A DNA stretch of 64,000 nt, from positions 1 through 64,000 of the forward strand of contig JBNKUM010000101.1 in assembly GCA_050298595.1 (NCBI GenBank), read 5' to 3'. Origin of the DNA: Gammaproteobacteria bacterium. Lineage in GTDB: Bacteria > Pseudomonadota > Gammaproteobacteria > GCA-001735895. Shown here piece after piece: positions 10,562 through 20,945 of the stretch (within the stretch, counting starts at the first letter, position 1; every line of letters starts with the position of its first letter). The notes beneath the pieces were generated by a model that did no database searches, was not told where the DNA came from, and saw only the letters and a program-made list of their open reading frames with translations. The position numbers and the translations under genes were made by a program.

Positions 10562-10705
10562 TTGAAAAAGCTCGACCCCGAATTAGAGATCTGGCTGGAT
10601 AATTATAATCAGTTATGGGAGGAACTTGAATATAACGATTTTATCTACACGCCACAAAATGCACGTGAAGGTCTGTCTAAACTAACGCTAAAACTTGTGA
10701 CGAAT
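10562..10705 (+). pseudogene. N-terminal remnant of an alpha/beta-hydrolase (esterase)-like gene
   Basis: MKKLDPELEIWLDNYNQL...TPQNAREGLSKLT resembles the cap of HSL-type esterases; the ORF then runs into the antisense of the next gene with no catalytic domain. Confidence 0.4.
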
Positions 10706-10795
10706 TCCTTTGAATATGCAGGACATAGTGCCAAAACAATGCGATTTAATGTATCAGCATATTGTCGGTTTTTTAAACGATTAAATGCCCTGTAT

Positions 10796-11299
10796 TTATT
10801 CAACCTCACGCTCAAACTCTGTTTTATGGCATTTCGGGCAGGGAGGAATCCGAGTATTTTTGGTGATTTTCATTTCCTGTCCACAGTCAAGGCAACGTAG
10901 CGTTCCAGGCCCACAGATTTCACCGGTTCTGTATAGTGTGTTATTTTGCCCCTCCTTAAATACATGAAAATCTAGCCAGTTTTTATCCGCAGCCTGGGCC
11001 AGGAAATCGGCAAACTTATCTTCTACCTGTTTGATATCAAACTTTAGCCACTGATTGAGCTCATGTCCTTCAGCCTGCATATATTCTTTTGCATGTGCAA
11101 TATCGCGTTTGATATTGGTGCTTACTGAGCGGATTTCATCCTGAGTGAGCGCATACAGTTGTTTGCTCATCTTCTCGGCATTGCTAATCATCTCATCCAG
11201 CGTAGGAGCCATCTTTTCTTCAGCTTTTATGATAGTGGCGTGTAGCTCATCGACCATGTGATTAAAAGCCTGTAGCAGTTTGTCTTTTGGATCAGTCAT
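10796..11299 (-). CDS. Zinc-ribbon-containing protein (DUF1451-like)
   Basis: Helical N-terminus plus YRTGE..GPGTLRCLDCG...IPPCPKC. Confidence 0.85.
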   Translation of the reverse strand: MTDPKDKLLQAFNHMVDELHATIIKAEEKMAPTLDEMISNAEKMSKQLYALTQDEIRSVSTNIKRDIAHAKEYMQAEGHELNQWLKFDIKQVEDKFADFLAQAADKNWLDFHVFKEGQNNTLYRTGEICGPGTLRCLDCGQEMKITKNTRIPPCPKCHKTEFEREVE

Positions 11300-11524
11300 T
11301 GTCCTTCTCCTATATTTTTTATATCTAGTGGTTAATATAGTGCGCTAATCAGTATTCACCAAATCTATTTCGTTCAAAGTTTTTGACTTATTGATGGCGA
11401 ATTGACAAGTTATTGAAGAGGGGCTGGGTTTATAGATATTGGGCGAAGGATTATCTGGCCTGCAGGTGATGACCTACAGACCTGATAAAAGTACTGCTTA
11501 ATTGGCTGTGGGGATAGCCTGAAA

Positions 11525-12247
11525 TCAGGTAATATTATCGATCTGATTTTTCATGTCTTTGTAAGTGGTGTGACGAAAATCTTCGCCATGAACTAGAAAT
11601 AGTACGTATTCACAGATATTTCTTGAATGATCGCCCATACGTTCCAGTGCCCTGGCACACCAGGTCACACGTAATACGTTTTTAATATGACGCGGGTTTT
11701 CCATCATTCGGGTGATGAGTTGACGCATTAAGGAATCGTATTCGGTATTCACTTTTTTGTCTTTCTTGATGGTTTTTAATGCTGATTCTGCATCCATACG
11801 TGCAAACGAATTAAGCGCGTTATTCAACATGGCGCTCACCAGTTCGCCCAGATGTTCCAGTTTGGCGTATTCCATAGAAGTCGAGCCCTCATCAATCAAT
11901 TCCAGTTCAAACTTTCCCAGCTTTTCGGCCAGGTCACCAATACGTTCCAGGTCGTTGATGATTTTTATAATGGTGATAACCAGGCGCAGGTCGGTGGCGG
12001 CAGGCTGTCGCCGTGCCAGCACCTGCAGGCATTCCCGGTCAATCTCAACCTCCATGGCATTGATTTTATAATCATCTTCTGCAACCTGTTGCGCAATCGC
12101 AGAGTCCGATTCTATAACCGCTTTGATGCCGTTACCGACCTGGGTTTCGACCAATCCACCCATAGTGAGAACTTTATTCCTCAGACCTTCAAGTTCGTTA
12201 TCGAAGCGTTTTGATATATGTCCGCTCATTGGTGATTCGCTATGCAT
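11525..12247 (-). CDS. phoU: Phosphate signalling protein PhoU
   Basis: ARRQPAATDLR, DLERIGD and LERMGDH motifs; follows pstB. Confidence 0.95.
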   Translation of the reverse strand: MHSESPMSGHISKRFDNELEGLRNKVLTMGGLVETQVGNGIKAVIESDSAIAQQVAEDDYKINAMEVEIDRECLQVLARRQPAATDLRLVITIIKIINDLERIGDLAEKLGKFELELIDEGSTSMEYAKLEHLGELVSAMLNNALNSFARMDAESALKTIKKDKKVNTEYDSLMRQLITRMMENPRHIKNVLRVTWCARALERMGDHSRNICEYVLFLVHGEDFRHTTYKDMKNQIDNIT

Positions 12248-12252
12248 GATGA

Positions 12253-13152
12253 TTATCCAAATTTTCCTGTGATGTAATTTTCAGTCAGTTTATGACGGGG
12301 TCTGGTAAAAATCTGACTGGTTTCTCCGACCTCAATCAGGTTGCCCAGATGAAAGTAAGCAGTACGTTGAGAAACTCGCGCAGCCTGTTGCATGGAGTGA
12401 GTAACTATGGCAATAGTGTAATTTTCGCGTAATTCATCGATTAACTCTTCAATGATAGCTGTAGCAATCGGATCCAGAGCTGAAGCGGGTTCATCCATCA
12501 AAATGACTTCAGGACTGACCGCTATGGTTCGAGCTATACAAAGACGCTGTTGCTGGCCACCGGATAAACCGGTGCCGGGGGATTGCAGGCGATCCTTTAC
12601 TTCGTTAAACAGACCGGCTTTTTCCAGGCTGGTGATGACGATTTCATCCAGTTCGACATTACTTCTTGCTAGTCCATGTAGACGAGGTCCATAGGCAACA
12701 TTATCGTAAATGGATTTTGGGAAAGGGTTGGGTTTCTGAAACACCATCCCAACTCGGGCGCGTAATAACACGGGATCCATTGTTTTCGCATAGATATCTT
12801 CTCCATCCAGTGTGAGCTGACCTTCTACCCGACAGATGGGAATAGTGTCATTCATACGGTTGAGTGATCTAAGATAGGTTGATTTACCGCAGCCAGAAGG
12901 TCCAATCAGTGCAATCACTTCATTTTGAGCTATATCCAGAGAGGCATTGAAGATAGCCTGTTTTTCACCGTAGAAAACATTCACGTTACGCGTGGAGAAT
13001 TTTGAGTTCTGCAGGATGTTTTCACCTATGGTGCCTTCAAAGGCGATATCCTGGTTCTCATCAATAGCTTTTCTGGGTTGTTCATCTATTGGGGTAGACA
13101 TATCGTTCGCTCGAAAGGGCTGAGAATTGAGTCTTCTAGTATCTGTATTCAT
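12253..13152 (-). CDS. pstB: Phosphate ABC transporter ATPase PstB
   Basis: [43 protein letters not shown]. Confidence 0.95.
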   Translation of the reverse strand: MNTDTRRLNSQPFRANDMSTPIDEQPRKAIDENQDIAFEGTIGENILQNSKFSTRNVNVFYGEKQAIFNASLDIAQNEVIALIGPSGCGKSTYLRSLNRMNDTIPICRVEGQLTLDGEDIYAKTMDPVLLRARVGMVFQKPNPFPKSIYDNVAYGPRLHGLARSNVELDEIVITSLEKAGLFNEVKDRLQSPGTGLSGGQQQRLCIARTIAVSPEVILMDEPASALDPIATAIIEELIDELRENYTIAIVTHSMQQAARVSQRTAYFHLGNLIEVGETSQIFTRPRHKLTENYITGKFG

Positions 13153-13160
13153 GTTAATGA

Positions 13161-14426
13161 TTACCAGTGAATTTCAAAACGTTTACGTAAATAGATGGCA
13201 ATGGCATTCATCACTCCAAGAAATACCAGGAGAACAAGAATAGTAGCCGCTGTTAATGCTGTGAATGCGCGTTCTGGACTATCTGACCATAAATAAATTT
13301 GTACGGGTAATACAGTGGCTGAATCAAAAATGCCGCCAGGTATATCGACTATAAAAGCAACCATACCAATCATCAGCAGTGGTGCTGTTTCGCCTAGCGC
13401 CTGTGCCATTCCGATAATGGCACCGGTAAGGATGCCGGGCATTGCCAAGGGCAGGGCGTGGTGAAATACCGTTTGCATATGAGAAGCTCCGAGACCCAGA
13501 GCCGCCTCCTTTATGGATGGAGGTACCGATTTGAGTGCGGCTCGACTGGAAATAATGATGGTGGGCAAGGTCATTAAGGATAGCACCAGACCACCGACCA
13601 GAGGTGCGGAGCGGGGCATGCCAAAAAAGTTGATAAATACGGCCAGACCCAGCAGGCCAAATACTATTGAAGGTACTGCAGCCAGGTTATTGATATTAAT
13701 CTCAATAAAATCGGTATAGCGATTTTGCGGAGCAAATTCTTCCAGATAAACTGCAGCGGCGATACCCACTGGAAGAGAAATCATTAATGTAACCAGTATG
13801 GTCCAGAATGAACCCAGCAAAGCACCCTTGATACCGGCCTGTTCTGGTTCTCGTGAGTCACTCGCGTTGAAGAAATTGGTATTAAAGCTGGTACGAATAT
13901 GCCCTTGCTGTTCTAGCTTGTGAATAAAATTTATCTGTAAATCATCGACTCGACTGGTCGTTGTTTTTAGCTTGTAAAAGGTGTCAATATCATCATCGGC
14001 TTTTAGCCAGATCGTTAAGGGGGTGTTTCCGATTAACTCGGGATGAGCCAGGACTTTTTCGCGTAAATTGAATTCAGCACCGCTTGAAACGAGGCTGTAT
14101 AGTTGCTTTTTTTCTTTACGTTTCTTGACTTCAGGGAAGCTGGTAAGCAGCGATTTCTTGATCAGGCCTGAATAGTTGATGTTAGTCAATGTTTCCTGAT
14201 CCAGTTGAGCATCGGCAGGAATTTCCAGTGTTGTTCTGTCCATTGGGATATTAAGCTGGATTTCAGTTGCATGAAATGCAGGCAGGGCTTTGGCGATTAT
14301 GTCGAGCAGTAGCATTGCCAGAAAAACAAAGCCGGTTAATACAGCCATCTTTCCATACAGCTGGAAACGACGCTCCCTGGCATAACGCTTCTTAAGCCCT
14401 TTTTCTACGATTTGAGTATTATTCAT
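13161..14426 (-). CDS. pstA: Phosphate ABC transporter permease PstA
   Basis: [14 protein letters not shown] and GETAPLL motifs; start moved to the ATG at 14426 that overlaps the pstC stop. Confidence 0.93.
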   Translation of the reverse strand: MNNTQIVEKGLKKRYARERRFQLYGKMAVLTGFVFLAMLLLDIIAKALPAFHATEIQLNIPMDRTTLEIPADAQLDQETLTNINYSGLIKKSLLTSFPEVKKRKEKKQLYSLVSSGAEFNLREKVLAHPELIGNTPLTIWLKADDDIDTFYKLKTTTSRVDDLQINFIHKLEQQGHIRTSFNTNFFNASDSREPEQAGIKGALLGSFWTILVTLMISLPVGIAAAVYLEEFAPQNRYTDFIEININNLAAVPSIVFGLLGLAVFINFFGMPRSAPLVGGLVLSLMTLPTIIISSRAALKSVPPSIKEAALGLGASHMQTVFHHALPLAMPGILTGAIIGMAQALGETAPLLMIGMVAFIVDIPGGIFDSATVLPVQIYLWSDSPERAFTALTAATILVLLVFLGVMNAIAIYLRKRFEIHW

Positions 14427-15789
14427 ATTGCTCTCGATATTTTCTGACGATATGCAGTGCAACAATGTTGAGTAACAGCGTGGTAACAAATAACAACAGA
14501 CCCAGTGCAAAGGCAGCCAGTGTTTTAGGACTGTCGAATTCCTGATCACCGGTGAGCAGGGTCACAATCTGAACAGTAACCGTGGTCACGGCTTCCAACG
14601 GGTTGACTGTCAGTTTGGCTGACAGGCCGGCGGCCATAACCACGATCATGGTTTCACCGATGGCACGTGATGCGGCCAGCAAAATCCCACCTACTATACC
14701 GGGCAACGCAGCCGGGATTACCACTTGCTTTATGGTTTCTGACTTAGTTGCACCCAGACCCAGCGAGCCTTCTCGCATGGCTCTGGGTACCGCAGTGATG
14801 ACATCGTCAGATAAAGAGGATACGAAAGGAATGATCATTACACCCATGACGATACCTGCAGCCAGAGCACTTTCAGAGGCAACATTAAGTCCTATCGATC
14901 CCCCAACATCTCTGATAAAAGGAGCAACGGTCAATGCGGCAAAGAAGCCATAGACGACGGTTGGGATGCCCGCAAGAATTTCCAGCACAGGCTTGGCGAA
15001 ATTGCGAAATTTTGGGCTCGCATACTCTGACAGATATATGGCAGAAAGCAGGCCAACAGGAACGGCTATGAGCATGGCTATAGCCGAAATTAATAGCGTT
15101 CCAACAAACAGTGGAATGGCACCAAAGGATCCGGAAGAACCCACCTGATCGGAACGTATGGCTGTTTGTGGACTCCAGCTTGTACCAAACATAAAATCGA
15201 AAATGGAGACGGCATCAAAGAATCTGAGGGCTTCAAATAGCACCGAAAATACAATTCCCACTGTGGTGACGATGGCTACCCCCGAACAGGCGATGAGGAA
15301 TATTTTAATAATTCTTTCGACACCTACCCGAGCATTGAAACGTGTCAGCTGTTTGGTGAAGGTTAAAATCAGACCTGATAAGCCAAGCACGATCACCAGT
15401 GCAGAGATTAGCCAGGAACTGCTGCTCTCAACCTCCTGATGTCGCTGTATGGCCTTTATGACCAGCGGATCATCAGAATCTACCTGATTCTTGATGGCCA
15501 GGTTGATATTGTTCAGGTAAAGCTCGATAGAGTCTGCCGATGTGGCTTTAATATCTGCAGGCAGTATTTGCATTAATTCGTTCTGTATATAAGCAGGTTT
15601 GATCGTCATCCAGGCTAGCAGGATGATCAGGGCAGGGATGCCACTCCACATGGCGACCAGGGCTCCATAATGTGAAGGTAAGGCCTTCAGGCGTTTGTCT
15701 TTACCGGCGGCAAAGGCGCGCTGTTTACCACTGAAGAATGAGATCAGGGTTAATCCGGCAATGATAAAGAACAGTGATGAGATATTCAT
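14419..15789 (-). CDS. pstC: Phosphate ABC transporter permease PstC
   Basis: LAGIPTVVYG and SRAIGETMIV motifs. Confidence 0.93.
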   Translation of the reverse strand: MNISSLFFIIAGLTLISFFSGKQRAFAAGKDKRLKALPSHYGALVAMWSGIPALIILLAWMTIKPAYIQNELMQILPADIKATSADSIELYLNNINLAIKNQVDSDDPLVIKAIQRHQEVESSSSWLISALVIVLGLSGLILTFTKQLTRFNARVGVERIIKIFLIACSGVAIVTTVGIVFSVLFEALRFFDAVSIFDFMFGTSWSPQTAIRSDQVGSSGSFGAIPLFVGTLLISAIAMLIAVPVGLLSAIYLSEYASPKFRNFAKPVLEILAGIPTVVYGFFAALTVAPFIRDVGGSIGLNVASESALAAGIVMGVMIIPFVSSLSDDVITAVPRAMREGSLGLGATKSETIKQVVIPAALPGIVGGILLAASRAIGETMIVVMAAGLSAKLTVNPLEAVTTVTVQIVTLLTGDQEFDSPKTLAAFALGLLLFVTTLLLNIVALHIVRKYREQYE

Positions 15790-15913
15790 TGGCTATATCT
15801 GCTTCGGGTGGAGTTTATGCGCGGGAATGGTAACGCTTTGTTACCGACTAGACCAGAAAATTACGGCCCCTACGCGGTAGGAGCCTCATCTCTTGTCTAG
15901 ACTGAAACCCTGC

Positions 15914-16954
15914 TTATTTCATTGAGAGTTTCTTGCCGTTTTTGATGTTGCTGCGCAGAGTGTTCAGTTCGCTGGAGCTCAAAGGAATCAGGCCTTTGTC
16001 GACCAGGTAACCTTCCTCACCCATCGCTCCATTACTGGTGAATTCGCCCAGGTATTGTTTCATGCCAGGAATGGACTTTACGTGTGCATTCTTAACATAG
16101 AAGAATAGAGGGCGTGAGATAGGGTATGAGCCATCGGCGATGGTATCAAACTCAGGAGCAGTACCTTCGATCTTTGAACCCTGTACCTTGTCATCATTCT
16201 GTTCAAGGAATGAGAAACCGAAGATACCCAGTGCATTCGTATTGTTATCCAGTTTTTGTACGATCAGGTTATCGTTTTCGCCAGCTTCGATGTATGGTCC
16301 ATCTTCACGAACTGTGTGACAGGCAGCTTTATAAGCATTTTTGTCTTTCTTCTTCATTGCTTTGATGAAATCGAATTTTTTACAGCCACCTTCCATTGCC
16401 AGTTCAGCGAACGCATCGCGAGTACCAGAAGTAGGAGGAGGTCCTAAAACTTCGATTTTGTTATTTGGCAGAGCAGGGTTAACCTGTTTCCAGGTTGTAT
16501 AAGGGTTGCTTACCAGAGTGTGGCTGCCGTCAGGGTTAGGCACATTTTTGGCTAATGCAAGATACAGGTCTTTACGAGTTAGAGAAAAGCGAGTGGCTTT
16601 CTTCGAGTTCGCAACCGCAATACCGTCATAACCGATTTTAACTTCAGTAATATCAGTGACGCCGTTTTTCATGCATTTTTCAAATTCTGACTTTTTGATG
16701 GCGCGAGAAGCGTTAGTAATATCTGGAGTATCCAGACCAGCGCCAGCGCAGAATAACTTCATACCACCGCCAGAACCGGTAGATTCAATCTTGGGAGTAT
16801 TGTAAGAAGTCTTTTTACCGAATTTTTCAGCAACAACCGTTGCGAAAGGATAAACGGTGGAAGAACCGACAATGCTGATGGTGTCGCGGCCAGCAGCTTG
16901 TGCATTGGCCATTAATCCGATAGAGATGGCCGTTGCCAAAACAATCTTTTTCAT
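15914..16954 (-). CDS. pstS: Phosphate-binding protein PstS
   Basis: Signal peptide; GSSTVYP, TGSGGG, SGTRDAF and YPISRPLFFY motifs. Confidence 0.93.
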   Translation of the reverse strand: MKKIVLATAISIGLMANAQAAGRDTISIVGSSTVYPFATVVAEKFGKKTSYNTPKIESTGSGGGMKLFCAGAGLDTPDITNASRAIKKSEFEKCMKNGVTDITEVKIGYDGIAVANSKKATRFSLTRKDLYLALAKNVPNPDGSHTLVSNPYTTWKQVNPALPNNKIEVLGPPPTSGTRDAFAELAMEGGCKKFDFIKAMKKKDKNAYKAACHTVREDGPYIEAGENDNLIVQKLDNNTNALGIFGFSFLEQNDDKVQGSKIEGTAPEFDTIADGSYPISRPLFFYVKNAHVKSIPGMKQYLGEFTSNGAMGEEGYLVDKGLIPLSSSELNTLRSNIKNGKKLSMK

Positions 16955-17016
16955 AGTAACTCCTATAGAGTGATTTATTGGGTAATTTCAACTGTTGCGG
17001 AGTATGAGGAAGAATT

Positions 17017-17034
17017 ATGACAGAAATATGACAA
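17017..17034 (-). promoter_or_regulatory. Pho box upstream of pstS
   Basis: Minus strand TTGTCAT-ATTT-CTGTCAT, with a CATACT -10-like hexamer 10 bp downstream. Confidence 0.85.
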
Positions 17035-17112
17035 AAAAAGTGGCAGACAAATTCATTTTAACATAGCCTTGCAGCCCATTATTTCCTAAGTCATCGTGTG
17101 GTTTCTAAAAAT

Positions 17113-18681
17113 ATGGATCTGAATAATATCAGTCAAATTGAGCAGGCGACTCAACCCAATCAAAGTGAGTTATTTCGCCTTGGTATAGGTTTTCTCTTCG
17201 TTATTTTGATCATGATGTATACCGGGGCTTCATTTACCGATGTGCCGGGTGGGTATATGTTGACCATAGCTGCAATGATCGGTGGTTATATGGCGATGAA
17301 TATCGGGGCTAATGACGTTGCCAATAACGTTGGCCCTGCGGTGGGTTCCCAGGCTCTCACGCTGGCAGGAGCTATTACCATTGCGGCAATCTTCGAAGCT
17401 GCCGGGGCTCTCATTGCTGGAGGTGATGTCGTCAGTACTATAAAAAAGGGCATCATTGACCCAGCACTGATTAATGATAGCGATATCTTTATCTGGGTGA
17501 TGACAGCGGCTTTACTGGCTGGTGCTGTATGGTTGAATATCGCAACTGCTGTTGGTGCTCCTGTTTCTACTACTCATTCGATTGTTGGTGGTGTATTAGG
17601 CGCAGGTATTGCGGCTGGTGGCCTGGGCATCGCTAACTGGGGCAAGATGGGTATGATTGCGGCAAGCTGGGTCATATCGCCTGTGCTGGGCGGCATTATT
17701 GCGGCACTTTTCCTTTATGCGATCAAGCGTTTAATTACCTATCGTTCAGATATGAACTCCGCTGCGAGGGTCTGGGTGCCATTTTTAGTGAGCATTATGG
17801 CCTGGGCCTTTTCTACTTACCTGATTCTTAAGGGCATTAAAAAAATCATCAAACTGGATTTTATGTCAGCAGCAGGGCTGGGCTTAATTGCCGCTATAGT
17901 AATTTATTTGATAACGAAGCCATTGATTAACAGCCTGTCGGTAAGATTATCTAATGACAAAGAGAGTGTAAACCGCCTGTTTACTGTACCCCTGATTTTT
18001 GCAGCGGCATTACTCAGTTTTGCGCATGGGGCTAATGATGTGGCCAATGCGGTCGGTCCGCTGGCGGCAATCAATGATGCAATTTTGAATGGCGGGATTG
18101 CGACTAAAGCCTCTATACCTTTCTGGGTGATGATGGTGGGTGCTATCGGTATAGCCATTGGTCTTGCTCTGTATGGACCAAAATTGATTAAAACGGTGGG
18201 CAGTGAGATTACTGAACTGGATCAGATGCGAGCATTTTCTATTGCCATGGCAGCAGCTATCACAGTTATTCTGGCCAGTCAGCTGGGACTACCGGTCAGT
18301 TCAACGCATATTGCAGTGGGTGCAGTGTTTGGGGTGGGCTTCCTGCGCGAATATCTGAAAGCCAGTTATGCTCGTATGGTGCATGAGATTATCGAACACC
18401 ACTCGGGTAAGGAACAAGGTGTGGTAGAGGATTTTCTGCACCAGTTCCGCAGCGCAAGCGTTGATCAGAAAGGCAAGATGATCAAACAGTTAAAAAAGCA
18501 TTCGGCAAAAGCCGAGTTAACCAAGAAAGAGCGTAAGTCACTGGCTCGTATCTATCACAAGGAGCTGGTTAAACGCTCTGCACTAATGAAAATAGTCGCT
18601 GCCTGGGTCATCACTGTACCGGCTTCAGGATTTATGGCTGCGGTGATCTACTTCACCATCCGGGGTATGTTGTTGCCTTAA
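17113..18681 (+). CDS. Inorganic phosphate transporter, PiT family
   Basis: Two GANDVAN signatures and PVSTTH / PVSSTH motifs. Confidence 0.92.
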   Translation: MDLNNISQIEQATQPNQSELFRLGIGFLFVILIMMYTGASFTDVPGGYMLTIAAMIGGYMAMNIGANDVANNVGPAVGSQALTLAGAITIAAIFEAAGALIAGGDVVSTIKKGIIDPALINDSDIFIWVMTAALLAGAVWLNIATAVGAPVSTTHSIVGGVLGAGIAAGGLGIANWGKMGMIAASWVISPVLGGIIAALFLYAIKRLITYRSDMNSAARVWVPFLVSIMAWAFSTYLILKGIKKIIKLDFMSAAGLGLIAAIVIYLITKPLINSLSVRLSNDKESVNRLFTVPLIFAAALLSFAHGANDVANAVGPLAAINDAILNGGIATKASIPFWVMMVGAIGIAIGLALYGPKLIKTVGSEITELDQMRAFSIAMAAAITVILASQLGLPVSSTHIAVGAVFGVGFLREYLKASYARMVHEIIEHHSGKEQGVVEDFLHQFRSASVDQKGKMIKQLKKHSAKAELTKKERKSLARIYHKELVKRSALMKIVAAWVITVPASGFMAAVIYFTIRGMLLP

Positions 18682-18687
18682 ACCAGG

Positions 18688-20037
18688 TTAAAGCTCCTGG
18701 TAAGATGCCAGATCAAACACGTTGGCGTTGTTCTCGGTTTGTGAATGCACAGCCCGGTAGCTGGGGAAGGTGACCGAAAATGTACTTCCTTTACCCAGAT
18801 GACTTTTTATACTCAGTGTTCCACCGTGCTTAACAACAGCCTGTTCCACTATGGCCAGTCCCAAGCCTGATCCAGAGGTTTGATCTGCTGTGGTATGGCT
18901 GCCGCGAAAGTAACGTTCGGTTATTCTGGGTAAGTCTTTTGGGTCAATTCCTGGACCATTGTCGGTTACAGAAAATACATATTCACCGACAGAGTTACTC
19001 TTCCAGCTGATCTTTATTTTAGAGTTTTCTGCTACCCCATATTTATTAGCATTTTCTATCAGATTGATACAGATACCCTCAATTTCAGATTTTACCCCCC
19101 TCAAAATTATGCTGTCGTCTATGTCACAGACGATATTGTCCTGAGCACAGTTAAGACCGACCGAAACCATGGCAGTAGTCATCACCTGAGCAATGGGTAT
19201 TGCATCACCTTCACTGGGTTGTAGTTTGTAGCTTTCTACCTGAGATAATAATAATAAATCCTGGATCAGGTCTCGCATACGGCGTGATTGCTTCAGGGCG
19301 ACCTGGACAGATTTTTTACCAGACTGGCTAAGTCCGCTTTCGTTTTCCAGCATTTCCAGGTGTCCACTGATGGTAGTCAAGGGAGTTTTAAGTTCATGTG
19401 AGGCATTGGCTACGAAGTTTTTCAGGCCTTCCTGTAGCTGTTTCTGGTCACTGATATTTCGAGCTGTGAGTAATCTCTGGTTATGACCAAATCGAACGAT
19501 CTTTATCTGTAGTGTAGTGTTGTTGTGTATAGGAGAATCAATCTCCAGATAATCCTTATTATCTGGAGCAATCAGGTAGCGTAGAAATTTAGGATGACGA
19601 AACAGATTGGTTATTCTTTGCCCATAATCAGAGCGGGGGTTGATACCCAGTAAGTATTTGGCTGGCTCGTTACTCCACTCAATTTCAAGTTGCTGATTGA
19701 GTAGAATGGTAGCATCGGGCAGGGCGGAGATATTACGATTTAAACGCCGCAGGATTTCTTTGGTGCGTTTTTTTCGTTTGTTATTGATTTTCTGTTGATG
19801 ATACAGGTGGCGGATGATGTCCCCCATAAATCCGCTGTCATCATACACTTCGCTGGCTTTAGTGCCGCGTGAAAGCCACTGTTCTAGCCGGGCTAAACGA
19901 TAGTAAAGCCAGAGAATATAAGACATAAATACCGTAATCGCGGACAAAACCCAATGCTCGAAAATAATACCGCTTAAAACCAGTATGATTAGTGAAGCAA
20001 TGATGTAGTGACTTTCTTTTTGCCAGATTTTTAGCAT
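18688..20037 (-). CDS. phoR: Phosphate regulon sensor kinase PhoR
   Basis: PAS-like region, FVANASHELKTPLT H-box, GSGLGLAIV G-box; downstream of phoB. Confidence 0.92.
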   Translation of the reverse strand: MLKIWQKESHYIIASLIILVLSGIIFEHWVLSAITVFMSYILWLYYRLARLEQWLSRGTKASEVYDDSGFMGDIIRHLYHQQKINNKRKKRTKEILRRLNRNISALPDATILLNQQLEIEWSNEPAKYLLGINPRSDYGQRITNLFRHPKFLRYLIAPDNKDYLEIDSPIHNNTTLQIKIVRFGHNQRLLTARNISDQKQLQEGLKNFVANASHELKTPLTTISGHLEMLENESGLSQSGKKSVQVALKQSRRMRDLIQDLLLLSQVESYKLQPSEGDAIPIAQVMTTAMVSVGLNCAQDNIVCDIDDSIILRGVKSEIEGICINLIENANKYGVAENSKIKISWKSNSVGEYVFSVTDNGPGIDPKDLPRITERYFRGSHTTADQTSGSGLGLAIVEQAVVKHGGTLSIKSHLGKGSTFSVTFPSYRAVHSQTENNANVFDLASYQEL

Positions 20038-20051
20038 TTGATCATTTTATA

Positions 20052-20747
20052 TTATTTAGCATTCGGCCTGGCAGAAAATCGATAACCCTCACCACGCACA
20101 GTAAGGACTAATTTCTCCAGTTTAAACTTTTTTAGAATCTTGCGTAACCTGAGTATATGTACATCTACTGTACGATCTCCAAGATAGGTATTGATACCCC
20201 ATACAGCGTCCAGAATTCGATCTCGAGTAAATACCTTGCCCTCGTTTACGATGAAGAATTTGAGAAGCTTAAATTCGGTTTTAGTGAGTTCAACCAGTTG
20301 ATCATTGATGATGACTTCGTGAGTTTCTGTATTCAGTGTAATTGGGCCAGCCTGCAGGCAACTGCTGGTTTCTTCATAGGTAGCAGGGCGCCGTAACAGG
20401 GCCTTTACTCGGGCATGTAACTCCCTTAACGACAGAGGTTTTGTCATGTAATCATCGGCACCGGACTCCAGGCCTGTGATCTTGTCGGATTCTTCAGAAC
20501 GTGCGGTGAGCATCAATGCCGGGATATCCTTGAGCTGTTCCTGACGTCTTACCCATCGAATGAGTTCTATCCCTGAGCTATCAGGCAACATCCAGTCTAC
20601 GATGAGACAATCGGGTTTGAGTTCACTGATTGTTTTTTTAGCGCTTTTGACATCGACACTTCCATACACCTGGTAATTGACCTGAGACAGCGACTGGCAA
20701 ATCATGTCGCGAATGTCCTGATCGTCTTCGATGACTAATATATTCAT
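20052..20747 (-). CDS. phoB: Response regulator PhoB
   Basis: REC domain (DWMLP) and OmpR-type winged helix (RTVDVHILRLRK, TVRGEGY). Confidence 0.9.
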   Translation of the reverse strand: MNILVIEDDQDIRDMICQSLSQVNYQVYGSVDVKSAKKTISELKPDCLIVDWMLPDSSGIELIRWVRRQEQLKDIPALMLTARSEESDKITGLESGADDYMTKPLSLRELHARVKALLRRPATYEETSSCLQAGPITLNTETHEVIINDQLVELTKTEFKLLKFFIVNEGKVFTRDRILDAVWGINTYLGDRTVDVHILRLRKILKKFKLEKLVLTVRGEGYRFSARPNAK

Positions 20748-20784
20748 TGATGCTTATTCCTGAAAAATTTCATGTAAGCGGTAT

Positions 20785-20813
20785 ATGACAATTATGTAAC
20801 AGTTTGATGACAA
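20785..20813 (-). promoter_or_regulatory. Pho boxes upstream of phoB (three half-sites)
   Basis: Minus strand TTGTCAT, CTGTTAC and TTGTCAT at 11-bp periodicity. Confidence 0.8.
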
Positions 20814-20945
20814 AATTCTGTTTGTGTCACTAATGTTAAGCCAGCCAGGATTCGTTTGTGACGGGTTTCAGTTTAGCCGAAATGAGGGATGAATTCAGGG
20901 AAATAGCCAGTGTACGGAGCACTGACTATTTTTAAGGTTTAAGCG

